From a virus (taxonomy: Duplodnaviria > Caudoviricetes): DNA of 29,576 nucleotides. The notes beneath the pieces are model-generated. The model saw only the letters and a program-made list of their open reading frames with translations. It was not told the origin of the DNA and ran no database searches. The translations under genes were made by a program, and so were the position numbers. Below, one piece after another: positions 8,701 through 19,349 of the stretch (the first letter of the stretch is position 1; each line of letters starts with the position of its first letter). Location of the stretch: the IMG/VR virus record IMGVR_UViG_3300027917_000138, positions 1 to 29,576 of that record. The stretch is one strand, 5' to 3'.

Positions 8701-11700
8701 TCTACTAATACTGAGTATTATGTTAGTGTCATTAATCCCAATGAATTTAGATTGTGTGGTATTAATACTGTTTCAGCAAATGGTCCAGATTTTAATTTGA
8801 GGAGAAATATTTTTGTCAATTTTGATAATTTTGGGTCGGGATCTTATAATATAAATTATAAACCAATAAAAGTTGATATTGTTGGAACTTTCAAGAATAA
8901 ATCTTTGCCAATAGAAGATATTAATGCAGATATTATTCCAGCATTTAGAGGATCTATTATATCAACAGCAATTGAAAATAAAGGTTCTGGATATGGATCT
9001 CCTGAGATATTAAATTATAATAGGCAACCAAATATTGAAGCTAAAAATGGATCTGGTTGCGAACTAAAGGCAATTATTTCCAATGGACAAATAAAAAGAG
9101 TATTAATTGTAAATGGTGGTTCTTTCTACAATTCAACTCCTACTATAGAAATCCAAGGTGATGGAACTGGTGCAAAATTAGTGCCAATTATTTCTGCAGG
9201 AAGAATTATTGATGTAAGAGTTATTTCTGAGGGTATTAATTATAAGGTTAATGGAACACTCTTAAATGTGATTTCTTCTGGATCTGGCGCTACTTTTGAT
9301 GCAATAATCCAAAAATGGAATGTCAATAATGTTGAAAGATCTATTTTTAAAAAACAAATACTTGGTAATGATATATTTTTACTTGACAGTAAAAATGAAT
9401 ATGGAGAAAGAGTAACTCAAATAACTCACTCATATGCACCAAGAAAACTAAGGGAAAATTTGCTTGTTTCTAAGAAAATTGGTGGGGTTGATTTTTATAA
9501 AAATGATTTGGAAATTGTGGATGGAATAGAGTCTATTACTTCTCAATACCATTCCCCAATTATTGGGTGGGCATATGATGGAAATCCAATTTATGGACCT
9601 TTTGGATTTGTAAATCCATCTGGTGGTGGATCAATTAAAATATTAGAATCTGGTTATCAATTATTTACAAATTCAAATAGACCAAGTTTAGATATTTTTC
9701 CTTTAGGATTTTTTGTTGAAGATTATATTTTTGTAGGTTCTGGAGATCTCGATGAGTATAATGGAAGGTTCTGCGTAACTCCAGAATTTCCAAATGGAAT
9801 TTATGCATATTTTTCAACCTTAGGTGGATTTGATAGAGAATTTAGTTTCTCTTATTTAAGACCCAGTTTTCCATATTTTATTGGAAATTTCTATAAATCA
9901 AAAATAATTGATTTTAATTTTGATATAACGGCAAACCAAAATGTAATTTCATTTGAAGAAAATGAAATTATAAGAAATACAAATGAATACAATTTACTTA
10001 GTGATACTTCAACTTACAATTATATTTTTAATCCAATTGATTACGAAAATCAACTGAATAGTGTTTCTAGAACAGATAGAGGTTTAATTGAAAGTGTTGA
10101 TGTAATATCTGGAGGTGAAAATTATAAAGTAGGAGACACCATAGAGTTTGGTGAGGATGAAAATGGAAATAAATCTTTTGCGGAAGTTACTGAAGTAAAG
10201 GGTAAAAAAATAACGGGTATTGTACTAAATTCTTCTACAGTAGATAATGTGGAATTTGGAAGGTCGAGAGAATTAAATTCTATTATTGGAATATCCAGTA
10301 TTCCTCACAATCTAAACGATAATGATGTGATAAGTATTATTGGATTGAATAAATTAGCAACAAATAAAGATAAGTCTGTAACTTCTACAGTGAATGTTAC
10401 TGAAAACATATTGACAATAAATCAAGAACTTGGACTATCTACCCCAAATTTATCAGAAAAAATATCTGTTATTGGAAATTTAAAATCAACAGCAATAAGA
10501 CCTAATGATGAATATAGAATATTCAATGGAGATGATGTAGAATTTTTTAAAATCTTAAACGTAGATCCAATAAATTCCCAAATTAGAGTTATAAGGTCAG
10601 GTGTTTCAACATCTTATCCATCAGGAACTCCTCTTGTTGAAAATTCTAGAGTTTTTGCATTATCTTCTGTCGATAATAATTCAACATTCTCCGATTCTGG
10701 GGAAGAAAATTATCAACTAAACAAAGAAATATATTTTGATCCACAGGTTTCTGTTGGAATTGGTACTTCGATATCATCTGTTTTTATACAAAAAGATCCT
10801 ACAAACTACCAATGTGGAATTTCGACAGATCTCTTAGTTGCAAATGATCCTGATGTTAAAGTTGGATTAGTATTTAATAATCCAATAAATGCATCAAACT
10901 TTAGAATTGGAGATTATATTTCTTTAACAGGGTCTTCAGATTCTAGTTTTAATTCAACAACCCCTACTACTGGATTTGATAAAGTAAAGGTTATAAACGT
11001 TGGAATAAATTCCATAACCTTAGATTATAATGTATCTTCACTTACGCCAGATCAAATATTGTCTATAGTAGGTTCTGGAGTTACTTCTTATGCTGATAAG
11101 TGGATTACTAGAAATATTCCTTCTAGAACTGTATACTTAAGGGATCATAGATTTAAAACAGGGGATAAGATAACATATAAAAATAACGGGGGATCATCAA
11201 TTTTAACATTAGGTAGTGTTCCATTAAGTGATTTTGATGAACTTTATGCATATGCATATGATGAGAATCATATAGGAATTTCTACAGAATATGTTGGATT
11301 GTCAACTAATGGAGAATATTTAAATCCAACAACCAATTCATCTTTATTATATTTTATTTCTTCGGGAACTAGAGATTATCACAGTCTTTCTACTAATTTT
11401 AAAGTTGAAAGTGGTAAGGTAGTTAGAAATATCTCCAGAATATTTACAGAAACAGATCCTTCATTGTTCTATAATGAAAATGTCACCGTTGATGTTAAAT
11501 CAAACCAACAGATAAGTATTCCAGTAAAATATAATGATGCAAATAGAAGATTGATATTTAACACTAAAGTTTATAATGATACTGATATTAGCAGAGATGT
11601 GATAGTTATAAACAAACATGGATATTATACTGGTCAGAAGATTATTCATAATACACTATCACCAGGAGATCTTTTAAATGATAAAATTTACTATGTTGTT

Positions 11701-14700
11701 GTAGAAAATGATAATGAATTTAAGTTGTCAAACTCATATGAAGAATCTATTAGAGAAAATCCTTCAGTTGTGGAACTTACAAGTGCTGGATTATTTGGAG
11801 AAATATCAGAAGTCAATCCAAACATAAAACTTTATAGGAATGACACAGTCAATTTCGATTTGAGTGATCAATCACTTTCATTTATAAACAATCAATCAAG
11901 AGTTCCTGCATTTGATTTTGATTTATATGAAGATCAAAATTTCTTACAAAAGTTTTTAAAAACTAAAGAAGATTCTTCATTTAAAGTAAATAAAACAGGA
12001 ATTATTGGAGTCACAAACAATGCAAACCTAACTTTAAAAATAAATGATAATACTCCTAAAAAATTATATTATAAATTAACATTAGTCAATACTTTATTAG
12101 ATGTTCCAATATCAAAAACTGAATATAGAGTAGATGATGATAATTTGCCAGATAATAGTACGTTATCAATTTTAGATAGTAACTATTCTGGAAATAAAAA
12201 AATATTTTCCAGTTCTTCTATTGGAAAATATTTCGAATATTTCTTGGACAGATATCCTGAAAGATCTTCATATAATAGTCTAAATTCTATATCTTCATAT
12301 AGCACAGATTCATACTCAACTCTTGGAGAAATATCAAAAGCTTCTGTTCTTTCTAGAGATAGAAAGTATAGAGTTTTGCCTGGAATCACTTCTATCACTT
12401 CAAACACAGGAACAGGAGCACTATTATTCCCAGCAAGCAAGAAAATAGGATCTGTAAAAAAAGTAGATCTTAAAAATATTGGATTTGACTATAGTGTTGA
12501 CTATAGTTTACGTCCTACTGGTAATCTTCCGCAATTAATAAATGTAGAACCTTTAAGTATTTTTAAAGATATTCAAGTTTCTTTTATTGGTAAAGACTAT
12601 ACTCTCATTCCAAATCTTGTTGTTATTGATGGATTGACTGGAAAAGTTGATACTCAATCGGAACTTAATTTCATACCAGAAGAATTTAAAGTTGAAATAA
12701 TTCAAAATAGTTCAGGATTATTTAATAAAACTCCTAAAATTATTCCAATTAATAATTCTAACGGAATTACTGTAAGTTCTGTGAGTTACGTTCCCGAAGA
12801 TAAGATTTTAACATTTACTTTAAATCAAGGGTTTAGTTCAACTGCAGATTTTCCTTTTGATGATGGAGATAGAGTTCTATTAGAAAACTTTAAAGTTAAT
12901 AATTTTTTAGTTGATCCAATTACAAATGAAGTAACTGTTAATGAAAATGTTAGAGGAATTAATTCTTCAAATTACAATTATGCATTATTCACAGTCAGTA
13001 ATGTTGCTAAGGGTATTGGTGGAAACGTTTCAAGATTTTCAATTGATATGTCAGAATATCTTGAAGGAGATGAAATTCCTGGCGAATACAGACCTGTAAA
13101 TACGTTTGGATATTTTGTTCCAGAAAAATATTTCCCAACTTTTAACATAACTCTTCAGAAAAATAACTTTATTCTTGGAGAAGAGGTATTTACTTCTAGT
13201 GGATTTACTGGAATAGTTGAATATTGGGATAGAGATAATGAATTTGTAAGTGTTCTATCTGGAGACAAATTTTTAACGGGAGATAGAATTACAGGAAGAA
13301 CATCAAATTTAAGTGGAATTGTTGGAAAAGTCGAATTTTATGATGCAGAATATAAAGTTGGTGCATCTTCTGTCGTTTCTAGAGGGTGGGATACTAGAAT
13401 AGGGTTCTTGAATGATAATTCGCAAAGAATTCAGGATAGTTTTTATTATCAATACTTCTCATATGACTTAAAATCAAAAACTCAGTTCTCAGAATGGGAA
13501 GATGCAGTATCAAGTTTAAATCATGTTTCTGGATTTAAAAAGTTTTCAACATTTGAAGTTGAATCTACACCAGAAGAAGCAAATATATCATCAATTTCTT
13601 ATTCAGAACTAAATTCAGTTTCTGATATATTTACAATTGTCGACATTAATTCATATGTTGATTTTGATATGGTTTCTGAAAATACATACCTTCTTGATGG
13701 TAGAATTGTATCTGACCAAGTCGTATTTAATACAATCCCAGTTCAAGATTATGCAGAATCTATTAATAATAGGGTTTTGGTAATAGATAACATTAGTGGA
13801 CAATTTAATAATATTCCTAGAGACGATAGATTTGTCATTGTTGATAAGTTTCCAATATTTCAAGCGAGATACAGAAAATATTTTGCATATGTTAAAGATA
13901 AAATATTCTTCAATGAAAGACAGTTTGGTTTAATTTCATTGATACATGATGATTTAGAGGGGTATGTTAGTCAATATGGTCAAGTCGAAACCTTCGGTGA
14001 GTTGGGGACATTTGAATTTAGAATTAACGGATTCTTCGGAGAAATTACTTATAATCCTTTCGATTTTGAATTTAATGATTTTGATATTGAACTAGTATCA
14101 TATAGTTTATTTGATACATTTGTCGGATTAGGGTCAACTTCTCAAGAAACTTATTCATTGGGTACAGTTGTTACGTTTACAAACCAAACTGCATCAATTT
14201 CCGCTGGAACTACATCTTCAGTCGAAATTGCTAGAGTTGGGGCAGAATATAAAGCAAATAAATTGATAACAACTCTAAATGACGAAAATGGTGATTATAG
14301 AGAATCTGTAGAACTCAATATTGTTAGTGATGGAAGTGATGTTTATATAACAGAATATGGAAAATTATTTACAAAAGCATTAAATCCTCCAATCGGATAT
14401 GCAGCATATTCCGCAAGAATTTCTGGAGATGATATTATTGTAGAAGCAACTCCTTCAGTATCTTATGGTGCTACATTGGAAGTTAATACAGTATCAACAT
14501 CTATTGATACTGACTTTGATGCTATTGCTACTGATGTTTTAATTCTAGCAAATACTAGACTTGAAAGTGGAACTATTAATGTTGGTTCTTTAGGAAATAC
14601 TGTTGAAATTTATCGTCATCGAAAAGTTTATGGTGGTGGATATTATTATGCTGTTGTAACATCTGATTTTGGTGGATTTAATTCAAAAATTCAAGCTGTT

Positions 14701-17700
14701 GAAATTGTAACTGTTAACAATGATAATGATGCTTATATTACAGTTTTTGGTAGTGTTTTATCTGATCCAACGCTAAAAACACTTGGCGATTTTAGCGTTT
14801 CAATATCAGGTCCAGATTGTATATTGTCGTTTACACCCGCTTTTTCTGGGGTAAATTTTGCCGTTAAGTTTTTCTATCAAGGTGTTAAGACCATTACCGA
14901 AAATCCAGAAGATCCTGCAGAGTTGATTCTTGATCTAAATGAATCTCAAATTAATTCATATACAACTGATTACATTGGAACTCAAAATGAAATTAAGAGA
15001 AAATTTGATTTATTCTATCAAGGAGATCCAATATTAAGGAGAACATTCAATGCATCAAGTTTTTCATCTGTTGATCTTAACAATGACAAACTAATCATTC
15101 CAAACCATTTCTTTAGTACTGGTGAAGAGGTTATTTATGATACAAATGGCGACGATCCAATTGGAATTGCAGTAACAAATATTCCTGGAATAGGATTTAC
15201 TGATGTGCTACCAGCAACTCTTTATATAGTTAAAGATAATAATTTATCAGTTAGAGTTGCAGCTTCCGCATCTCAAGCATTAAAATCTGTTCCAGATTGT
15301 CTAGATTTAACTTCTTATGGAACAGGAACAACACATACTTTAACTGGTAAAAAGGGAAATGAAAGATCATTAATTACTATTGATAACATGGTTCAGTCTC
15401 CAATAGTTTCAACTTCATTTGAAACTACTTTGGCTGCACCTTTAGGTTTGAAGGATGTTAGAGTTAAGGTCACAAATCCAGAAATTTTTGTTGGAGGAGA
15501 TGTATTTAAAATTGATGATGAAATAGTTAGAGTTAAAGTTGTTGGTTTTGGTGGGACTAATACTTTATTAGTAAATAGATTCTGGTTGGGAACTTTACCT
15601 TCGGCACATGATGTTGGTGCTGGTTGTACAAAGTATTCAGGCGATTATAACATTGTAGACAATACTATTCATTTCTACGATGCTCCATATGGAAAAGTTC
15701 CCATTACTCCTAAAGAACCAAAACCAGATGAAGTTGATTTTGTAGGAATTTCTACAAGCTCTTCTTTCTCCGGAAGAATATTTAATAAGTCTGGAAATAT
15801 AAATGGATTAAGTCCAACTTATTCTGACAATATTTTAATCAATGACTTGTCTGAACAATTTACTGGAATTAAGAGTGAATTTGTCATAACATCTAGTGAT
15901 CCAGGTCTTAGTGGAATTTCAACTTCAAATTTATTTGTACTTGTCAAAAATATTTTACAAATACCTTTTAATTCTGAGAGAAATATTGATGGTTCATTTA
16001 TTTTAGGACAAACACCAGGTGGCGATCCAACAATAATATTTAAGCAAGAACAAGAAGTTTCCAATCTTGAAGATATAAATGCAACAAACTTACCTTCTGG
16101 TGGAATAATAGTCAGTACTGGATCCACATTTGGGCACGGATATCAACCATTAAAAACTCCCGGAGCATCAGTTACTATTGATAATACTGGATTAATTTCA
16201 AATATAACTATTGGATCTACTGGAAGTGGGTATAGACTAATTGATTCGAAAGAGATTTTTGTAACGACCTCTACAATTTCTTCTTCTGGATCAAACGTGC
16301 TAACTATAAATGAAGAAAGAAGTTTGTTTGATAAGCTTCCATATTCATCAAGGGCATTATGCAGTACTGGAATAGGAACTATTTGTAATGATCTGGAAAT
16401 TTTATCATATGATTCTATTGCTTCTACTATTACATTATCGGAAAACTTGGACGAAGATATTCCAGCAGGTTCTACAGTTTCTATAAAGTTAACGGAACTA
16501 TCTTCGGAAATAGTTGATATTGGAATTAGAACCGAAAGTCCTTCAGATTATGATGTAAATTATATTGGATTTACTACAGTAATTTCTGGTTCAATTTCAA
16601 CAAATATAAATTTTGTTAATCCTGGAATATCATTTACGAGTTTTTATGATGTATTTGAAACTTTATCAACATTTCCAGTATCTGTTGGATCGACAATAGT
16701 TTATGTAAACACAATACGAAATATAAACAATATAAACAGTTATGTTTCAGTTAATAGTGATTTTAATGTAAAAGTTAATGGAATTGGAAATACCTTTATA
16801 ACTCTAGACACTCCAATAACTTCTAACATTATATCTGGCGATAAGGTCCTTATAAGAAGATTTTCCCCTCCAGAGATTGTATTTGACTCTCCAATAGGAT
16901 ATTATGAAATTCCATTAGTCTATAGTTCTAGTTCACCTTCTGTTGGAATAGGAACAGGTGCTAAGATTAATTTGACGGTAGGTGAAGGAGGAAGAGTTAT
17001 TGACTTTAAATTTGTAAATAATGGATATGGATATAGACCTTTTGAAGTTTTGACTGTACCAGTGGGAGGGTTGACTGGAATACCAGTTGATCAGTCAGTT
17101 GCATTTGAAGAATTTAAACTCTTTATTGATGATGTGTATGATACAAAATTCTCTGCCTGGTCTATTGGTGATTTGGAAGTTATTGATAATTTTGATGATT
17201 TATTTGATAATAGTAGAAGAATTTTCCCAATTAAAATTAATGGAGAACAAAAATCTATTAGAGCTAAAAAGGGATCAAATATTGATATTCAAGCTGTACT
17301 AATAGTCTTATATAACGATATTCTTCAAGTTCCCGGAGAAGGTTATACTTTTAGTGGCGGGAGTATTATTACTTTCCCAGAAGCTCCAAAAATTGGAGAT
17401 ACTGTTTCAATAATATTTTATAGAGGAAATAGTGATGTTGATGTTTTAGATGTTGATGTTCTTGAAACTGTAAAAATTGGAGACTCTGTGTTTATTACTA
17501 GTGACAATAAGAGTTTAATTCAAAATGAAAGAATTGTTTCCGATGTTGTATCTTCAGATTTTGTAAATACATTAATTTATACTGATAAGGGAATAAGTAG
17601 AGATTCCGAATTATTAAGACCGATAACTATTGCAAAACAACAAGTTGATTTTGTTATTGATAATCAATTTATCGGAAAAGATAGAACTTATTATGAACCA

Positions 17701-19302
17701 TCAATTTTACCATCTGCAAACATAATTTCTGACATAAGATTAGACAGTACTGAAATTTATGTTGATACATTAAAACCATTTTTTGACAATGCTGCTGAAC
17801 AAATAGATGAAAAGCAAAGAAATGTCATTAAAATTATTGACACTCGTGATAAAACTTCTGCCGTGGCAGGTGAATGTGGTATTTCTGCTGGTGGAGGAAT
17901 TTCTAGTATCGATATTCTCGATGGCGGAAGTGGATATGAAAGTGCACCAAATGTAAATATTCAATATCCAATTTTATCAAACCCAGTTCCAAAAACACTA
18001 GAATTGACGAATATTCAAAATATTACTGGAACTATATCAACAGTTGGAGTATCGACTGCAGTTGTAGGTGAGCAAATTTTGGGTAATATTAGTGGAGCAT
18101 CCGCAATTCTCGCAGGAATAACTACCGATAATGTAATCAAAATTGTTCCAACTAATTTAAAAACTTTTGAAGTTGGTGAAGAAATAATTTTATTTGAATC
18201 TGGATTTAGTGCAGATGTATTAAAATCAGATCCTGCAGAATTTGCCACAGCAGTTGCGAATATTTCTTCATCTGGTCAAGTTGATAGTATTACAGTTACA
18301 AATGCAGGAGTCGGATATTCTTATGGACCAATTAAAAAACTAAAAGTTTTGAAAAATGGAACAGGATATCCTCCGATATTGAATGAATCAAATAATACGT
18401 TCAGTGGAGCAAGACTTAATAGTGGGAGTGGTATAGGTTTAAATGCATCAGTTGACGTCAATTTAATTATTGATCCAATTACAGAAAATTTGATTGTCGA
18501 TTCTTCAAATATTAATATTGAAAATCCAGGATTCAGATATTCTGTTGGAGATATTGTTTATATTGATACTTTTGATAATCCGGGAATTGGCGAAACATTT
18601 AGAAATTATAAGTTAAAAACTCCAATAATATATGAAGTTTCTCAAATTGAAAGTCCAAGGGTTTCTATTGATCCGCCAACTACAACTACCGAGGTTATAA
18701 GAGATGTTGAGTTTAGTGGAGATTATGGAGTTGTTGTTGGAATAGCAACTATTGATAGGGAAATTATTGGTGCCATTGATCCACCAGCAATAGAGCTTGA
18801 TTTGTATATTCCAGAAGATTCCATTTTAAGAGATCCAGTTTATATTGGAGATACTGTTGTTGGTTCTTCTATTACAGTAAGTCAACTTCAACCTGGTGAT
18901 TATTTACGTTTATTTAATTCTAGAATTGGCAATTCTCCCAATTTTGGATATCAACTCGTGAATGGCGTTGCTGATAGTATTTCAAATTCCTCAAATATGG
19001 ATAATATATATCAGGTTGTAAGGTCTAGTATTGTTACAATTAATTCTAATTTATATTCTCCAGGAACTCCAATAGTTGTTAATAGAATCGTTTGTTGCGT
19101 TGATAATTTGGTCTCAATACCATCTATAAGTCCAACCGACCCTTCTTTGCAAGGATATATTGCGGAATTTAGTTGGGGTAAGATTGATAGTTTGGACAAG
19201 AGAGTATTCCCTAAAAATTTCTTTATTGACAAAACAACAAATCAAAATAATCCAGTTGTTCAAAGATTTAATCCATTAAGATCTTCAAATTATCAATATT
19301 AA
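5704..19302 (+). CDS. gp7: giant baseplate wedge initiator gp7-like virion structural protein, 4532 aa
   Basis: Lies between gp6 and gp8. N-terminal QLPNFVRE and LIKQLKDFYTSKGT...LFKALFG, and internal RIQDSFYYQYFSYDLKS...LNHVSGFKKF motifs typical of gp7-like proteins; many GxGY repeats. Confidence 0.8.
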   Translation: MQSTRVKISNVVKNQLPNFVRETYPLVEKLFQEYYAGLEYQGGVLDILQNIDKYVKLDNIASLIEYTELTQDISFADDSIRVSSTRGFPDSYGLIQIDSEVILYKSKTYNTFNDCVRGFSAITSYEDGLDFQKTNASDHLNSASVKNLNILFLNEFFKKIKTQFAPGFENRKFFSSDTLSVNKNLLIKQLKDFYTSKGTDASYKILFKALFGDDVKVIKPRDYLIRPSDAQYRINQELVIEAIEGDPKDLVNTTIFQNTLSIDGEEFISSAYGTVNKVETITRKDKTYYTIGLDFDFNKDINLRGSVYGEFVIGPKTIILERIDIGSSSITVDSTYGFPETNGKLVVYYEDGTTQQIDYQRKNLNQFLGCSGINRNIDSKTEIYLDYVCEGGLTKNGDENPIKFRITGVLSDPVVDNNSRYIVAGNRINLRTLGKDIKDPQFNCWRLNISPSYRIKNLELINTFNNIYRVEFSDKHLFTFGDNAILTSVTGQLKTYNGVVESIVNDFALNVSLPFNFDSTQIYDIERKISKFSYTYNSEVFDNNNIYITDTQNTYRGSDGSLYVASQSLPKYSKESLIISDDTVILGENFFISEEQNPSNPEILDTVLNIGKNAFVTGDALYYQKGGENNSLNISSGVYYVKVLGTFTNSTKIKLSSSRSNLGNDIFINISINSPTSKLIGNENRIFKSTDELIFFQNQSENAEEIFSRKISPKNIFKKISSPQIPQEKTLTPSGSIGILANGVEISNYKSNDFIYYGSIEKIDVKSLGSGYDIINPPLLVVNDESGSGASIIPHVQGFLEKIDVLNGGFDWDGIPEIKISGGNGSGAIAIPEMTVFDHSVEFIANQDQVAIGTGTPTSGRITFNVKHKFFEGERIRYDYTDAPLGGLEREIDYFVSPETDFILKIYKNFTDSINKQNPIEFESDDFSPGKHFLKSANKKSTIGSIKVNRTGQNYTNKKFVFSNADVDLYKNSIKIENHQYKTGEIIVYNCDGTSISGLSTNTEYYVSVINPNEFRLCGINTVSANGPDFNLRRNIFVNFDNFGSGSYNINYKPIKVDIVGTFKNKSLPIEDINADIIPAFRGSIISTAIENKGSGYGSPEILNYNRQPNIEAKNGSGCELKAIISNGQIKRVLIVNGGSFYNSTPTIEIQGDGTGAKLVPIISAGRIIDVRVISEGINYKVNGTLLNVISSGSGATFDAIIQKWNVNNVERSIFKKQILGNDIFLLDSKNEYGERVTQITHSYAPRKLRENLLVSKKIGGVDFYKNDLEIVDGIESITSQYHSPIIGWAYDGNPIYGPFGFVNPSGGGSIKILESGYQLFTNSNRPSLDIFPLGFFVEDYIFVGSGDLDEYNGRFCVTPEFPNGIYAYFSTLGGFDREFSFSYLRPSFPYFIGNFYKSKIIDFNFDITANQNVISFEENEIIRNTNEYNLLSDTSTYNYIFNPIDYENQLNSVSRTDRGLIESVDVISGGENYKVGDTIEFGEDENGNKSFAEVTEVKGKKITGIVLNSSTVDNVEFGRSRELNSIIGISSIPHNLNDNDVISIIGLNKLATNKDKSVTSTVNVTENILTINQELGLSTPNLSEKISVIGNLKSTAIRPNDEYRIFNGDDVEFFKILNVDPINSQIRVIRSGVSTSYPSGTPLVENSRVFALSSVDNNSTFSDSGEENYQLNKEIYFDPQVSVGIGTSISSVFIQKDPTNYQCGISTDLLVANDPDVKVGLVFNNPINASNFRIGDYISLTGSSDSSFNSTTPTTGFDKVKVINVGINSITLDYNVSSLTPDQILSIVGSGVTSYADKWITRNIPSRTVYLRDHRFKTGDKITYKNNGGSSILTLGSVPLSDFDELYAYAYDENHIGISTEYVGLSTNGEYLNPTTNSSLLYFISSGTRDYHSLSTNFKVESGKVVRNISRIFTETDPSLFYNENVTVDVKSNQQISIPVKYNDANRRLIFNTKVYNDTDISRDVIVINKHGYYTGQKIIHNTLSPGDLLNDKIYYVVVENDNEFKLSNSYEESIRENPSVVELTSAGLFGEISEVNPNIKLYRNDTVNFDLSDQSLSFINNQSRVPAFDFDLYEDQNFLQKFLKTKEDSSFKVNKTGIIGVTNNANLTLKINDNTPKKLYYKLTLVNTLLDVPISKTEYRVDDDNLPDNSTLSILDSNYSGNKKIFSSSSIGKYFEYFLDRYPERSSYNSLNSISSYSTDSYSTLGEISKASVLSRDRKYRVLPGITSITSNTGTGALLFPASKKIGSVKKVDLKNIGFDYSVDYSLRPTGNLPQLINVEPLSIFKDIQVSFIGKDYTLIPNLVVIDGLTGKVDTQSELNFIPEEFKVEIIQNSSGLFNKTPKIIPINNSNGITVSSVSYVPEDKILTFTLNQGFSSTADFPFDDGDRVLLENFKVNNFLVDPITNEVTVNENVRGINSSNYNYALFTVSNVAKGIGGNVSRFSIDMSEYLEGDEIPGEYRPVNTFGYFVPEKYFPTFNITLQKNNFILGEEVFTSSGFTGIVEYWDRDNEFVSVLSGDKFLTGDRITGRTSNLSGIVGKVEFYDAEYKVGASSVVSRGWDTRIGFLNDNSQRIQDSFYYQYFSYDLKSKTQFSEWEDAVSSLNHVSGFKKFSTFEVESTPEEANISSISYSELNSVSDIFTIVDINSYVDFDMVSENTYLLDGRIVSDQVVFNTIPVQDYAESINNRVLVIDNISGQFNNIPRDDRFVIVDKFPIFQARYRKYFAYVKDKIFFNERQFGLISLIHDDLEGYVSQYGQVETFGELGTFEFRINGFFGEITYNPFDFEFNDFDIELVSYSLFDTFVGLGSTSQETYSLGTVVTFTNQTASISAGTTSSVEIARVGAEYKANKLITTLNDENGDYRESVELNIVSDGSDVYITEYGKLFTKALNPPIGYAAYSARISGDDIIVEATPSVSYGATLEVNTVSTSIDTDFDAIATDVLILANTRLESGTINVGSLGNTVEIYRHRKVYGGGYYYAVVTSDFGGFNSKIQAVEIVTVNNDNDAYITVFGSVLSDPTLKTLGDFSVSISGPDCILSFTPAFSGVNFAVKFFYQGVKTITENPEDPAELILDLNESQINSYTTDYIGTQNEIKRKFDLFYQGDPILRRTFNASSFSSVDLNNDKLIIPNHFFSTGEEVIYDTNGDDPIGIAVTNIPGIGFTDVLPATLYIVKDNNLSVRVAASASQALKSVPDCLDLTSYGTGTTHTLTGKKGNERSLITIDNMVQSPIVSTSFETTLAAPLGLKDVRVKVTNPEIFVGGDVFKIDDEIVRVKVVGFGGTNTLLVNRFWLGTLPSAHDVGAGCTKYSGDYNIVDNTIHFYDAPYGKVPITPKEPKPDEVDFVGISTSSSFSGRIFNKSGNINGLSPTYSDNILINDLSEQFTGIKSEFVITSSDPGLSGISTSNLFVLVKNILQIPFNSERNIDGSFILGQTPGGDPTIIFKQEQEVSNLEDINATNLPSGGIIVSTGSTFGHGYQPLKTPGASVTIDNTGLISNITIGSTGSGYRLIDSKEIFVTTSTISSSGSNVLTINEERSLFDKLPYSSRALCSTGIGTICNDLEILSYDSIASTITLSENLDEDIPAGSTVSIKLTELSSEIVDIGIRTESPSDYDVNYIGFTTVISGSISTNINFVNPGISFTSFYDVFETLSTFPVSVGSTIVYVNTIRNINNINSYVSVNSDFNVKVNGIGNTFITLDTPITSNIISGDKVLIRRFSPPEIVFDSPIGYYEIPLVYSSSSPSVGIGTGAKINLTVGEGGRVIDFKFVNNGYGYRPFEVLTVPVGGLTGIPVDQSVAFEEFKLFIDDVYDTKFSAWSIGDLEVIDNFDDLFDNSRRIFPIKINGEQKSIRAKKGSNIDIQAVLIVLYNDILQVPGEGYTFSGGSIITFPEAPKIGDTVSIIFYRGNSDVDVLDVDVLETVKIGDSVFITSDNKSLIQNERIVSDVVSSDFVNTLIYTDKGISRDSELLRPITIAKQQVDFVIDNQFIGKDRTYYEPSILPSANIISDIRLDSTEIYVDTLKPFFDNAAEQIDEKQRNVIKIIDTRDKTSAVAGECGISAGGGISSIDILDGGSGYESAPNVNIQYPILSNPVPKTLELTNIQNITGTISTVGVSTAVVGEQILGNISGASAILAGITTDNVIKIVPTNLKTFEVGEEIILFESGFSADVLKSDPAEFATAVANISSSGQVDSITVTNAGVGYSYGPIKKLKVLKNGTGYPPILNESNNTFSGARLNSGSGIGLNASVDVNLIIDPITENLIVDSSNINIENPGFRYSVGDIVYIDTFDNPGIGETFRNYKLKTPIIYEVSQIESPRVSIDPPTTTTEVIRDVEFSGDYGVVVGIATIDREIIGAIDPPAIELDLYIPEDSILRDPVYIGDTVVGSSITVSQLQPGDYLRLFNSRIGNSPNFGYQLVNGVADSISNSSNMDNIYQVVRSSIVTINSNLYSPGTPIVVNRIVCCVDNLVSIPSISPTDPSLQGYIAEFSWGKIDSLDKRVFPKNFFIDKTTNQNNPVVQRFNPLRSSNYQY

Positions 19303-19323
19303 TTTTTTACTTCCAAACTGCTT

Positions 19324-19331
19324 TATAAATA
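19324..19331 (+). promoter_or_regulatory. T4 late promoter TATAAATA
   Basis: Perfect T4 late consensus in the gp7-gp8 intergenic gap, 18 nt before the gp8 ATG. Confidence 0.85.
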
Positions 19332-19349
19332 ATCAAAAAATGTTAAAAA

